A DNA stretch of 64,000 bases. Origin: the human T2T-CHM13v2.0 reference genome, Homo sapiens. Location: assembly GCF_009914755.1 (NCBI RefSeq), contig NC_060931.1; one strand, given 5' to 3'. The position numbers and the translations under genes are program-made. Below the pieces are notes generated by a model, which made no database searches, was not told the origin of the DNA, and saw nothing but the letters and a program-made list of their open reading frames with translations. Shown in pieces: positions 63,109 through 64,000 of this stretch (the stretch's first letter is position 1; every line of letters starts with the position of its first letter).

Positions 63109-63502
63109 TGAGGCAGGAGAATATGGCCTAAGGCGCAGGAAACCTAAGGACTTCCTAGAACTAAATCAAATGGAAACACTCCAGCTATGGCAGGAAATAT
63201 CCTCTTCATTTACATAGGGTATACACCAAGTAAATAACTTTGTAACTGCAGTTTAGCCTCTTCATTTACATAGAGCGTACACCAAATAACCAATGGAAAC
63301 CTCCAGAGGGTATTTAAACCCCAGGAAATTCTGTAACCAAGCCCTTGAGCCACTTGCTCGGCCGCTCCCACCCTGTGCAGTGTGCTTTCATTTTCAACAA
63401 ATCTCCGCTTTTGTTGCTTCATTCTTTCCTTGCTTTGTTTGTGCGTCTCGTCCAATTCTTTGTTCAAAACGCCAAGAACCTAGACACTCTCCACCTGTAA
63501 CA
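63109..63502 (+). mobile_element. ERV1-class solo LTR (MER51/LTR15-like)
   Basis: TGAGGCAGGAGAAT...GTAACA termini, 394 bp, 4-bp TSD ATTT, internal direct repeat cctcttcatttacatag. Confidence 0.75.
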
Positions 63503-63587
63503 ATTTGGCAATCTGACAAGATTGAGAATTGGTGTTGACAATGAGATGTTCAAAAATAATATGTGCTGGGTCCGGCGCGGTGGCTCA

Positions 63588-63937
<350 letters not shown>

Positions 63938-64000
63938 TCAATCAATACTCAGTTGTTTATTGAGCATTTTATTTTGTGTTCTATATGGTAATAGGTGCCA

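Overview
Human genomic DNA containing the whole coding region of XRCC2, a RAD51 paralogue, on the minus strand. The three coding exons (27621-27659, 12087-12168, 24-745) splice with canonical GT/AG sites into a 280-aa protein. A TATA-less CpG-island promoter lies at about 27.4-27.9 kb, followed by about 36 kb of upstream DNA in which I recognise no genes. The rest is mostly transposable elements: roughly 95 Alu copies or fragments by eye count, old L1/L2/MIR pieces, hAT and Tigger DNA-transposon fossils, and solo LTRs (THE1B, HERV-W LTR17, ERV9 LTR12, LTR10-like, MER51/LTR15-like, MER21, MLT2). Nearly all other ORFs in the track are Alu or LTR artefacts. I found no evidence of a new gene or multi-gene system. 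The best leads are fine-scale: (1) a chimeric old-Alu/AluYb8 element that looks like a human-specific retrotransposition-mediated deletion; (2) an overlapping out-of-frame uORF in the XRCC2 leader; (3) a perfect 82-bp AT-only palindrome in intron 1; (4) a 2-kb cluster of inversion/fold-back scars at 48.2-50.3 kb; (5) a candidate 65-nt stop-containing exon; (6) a HERV-W LTR pointing at XRCC2. Repeat family names come from recalled consensus sequences, not from a database search.
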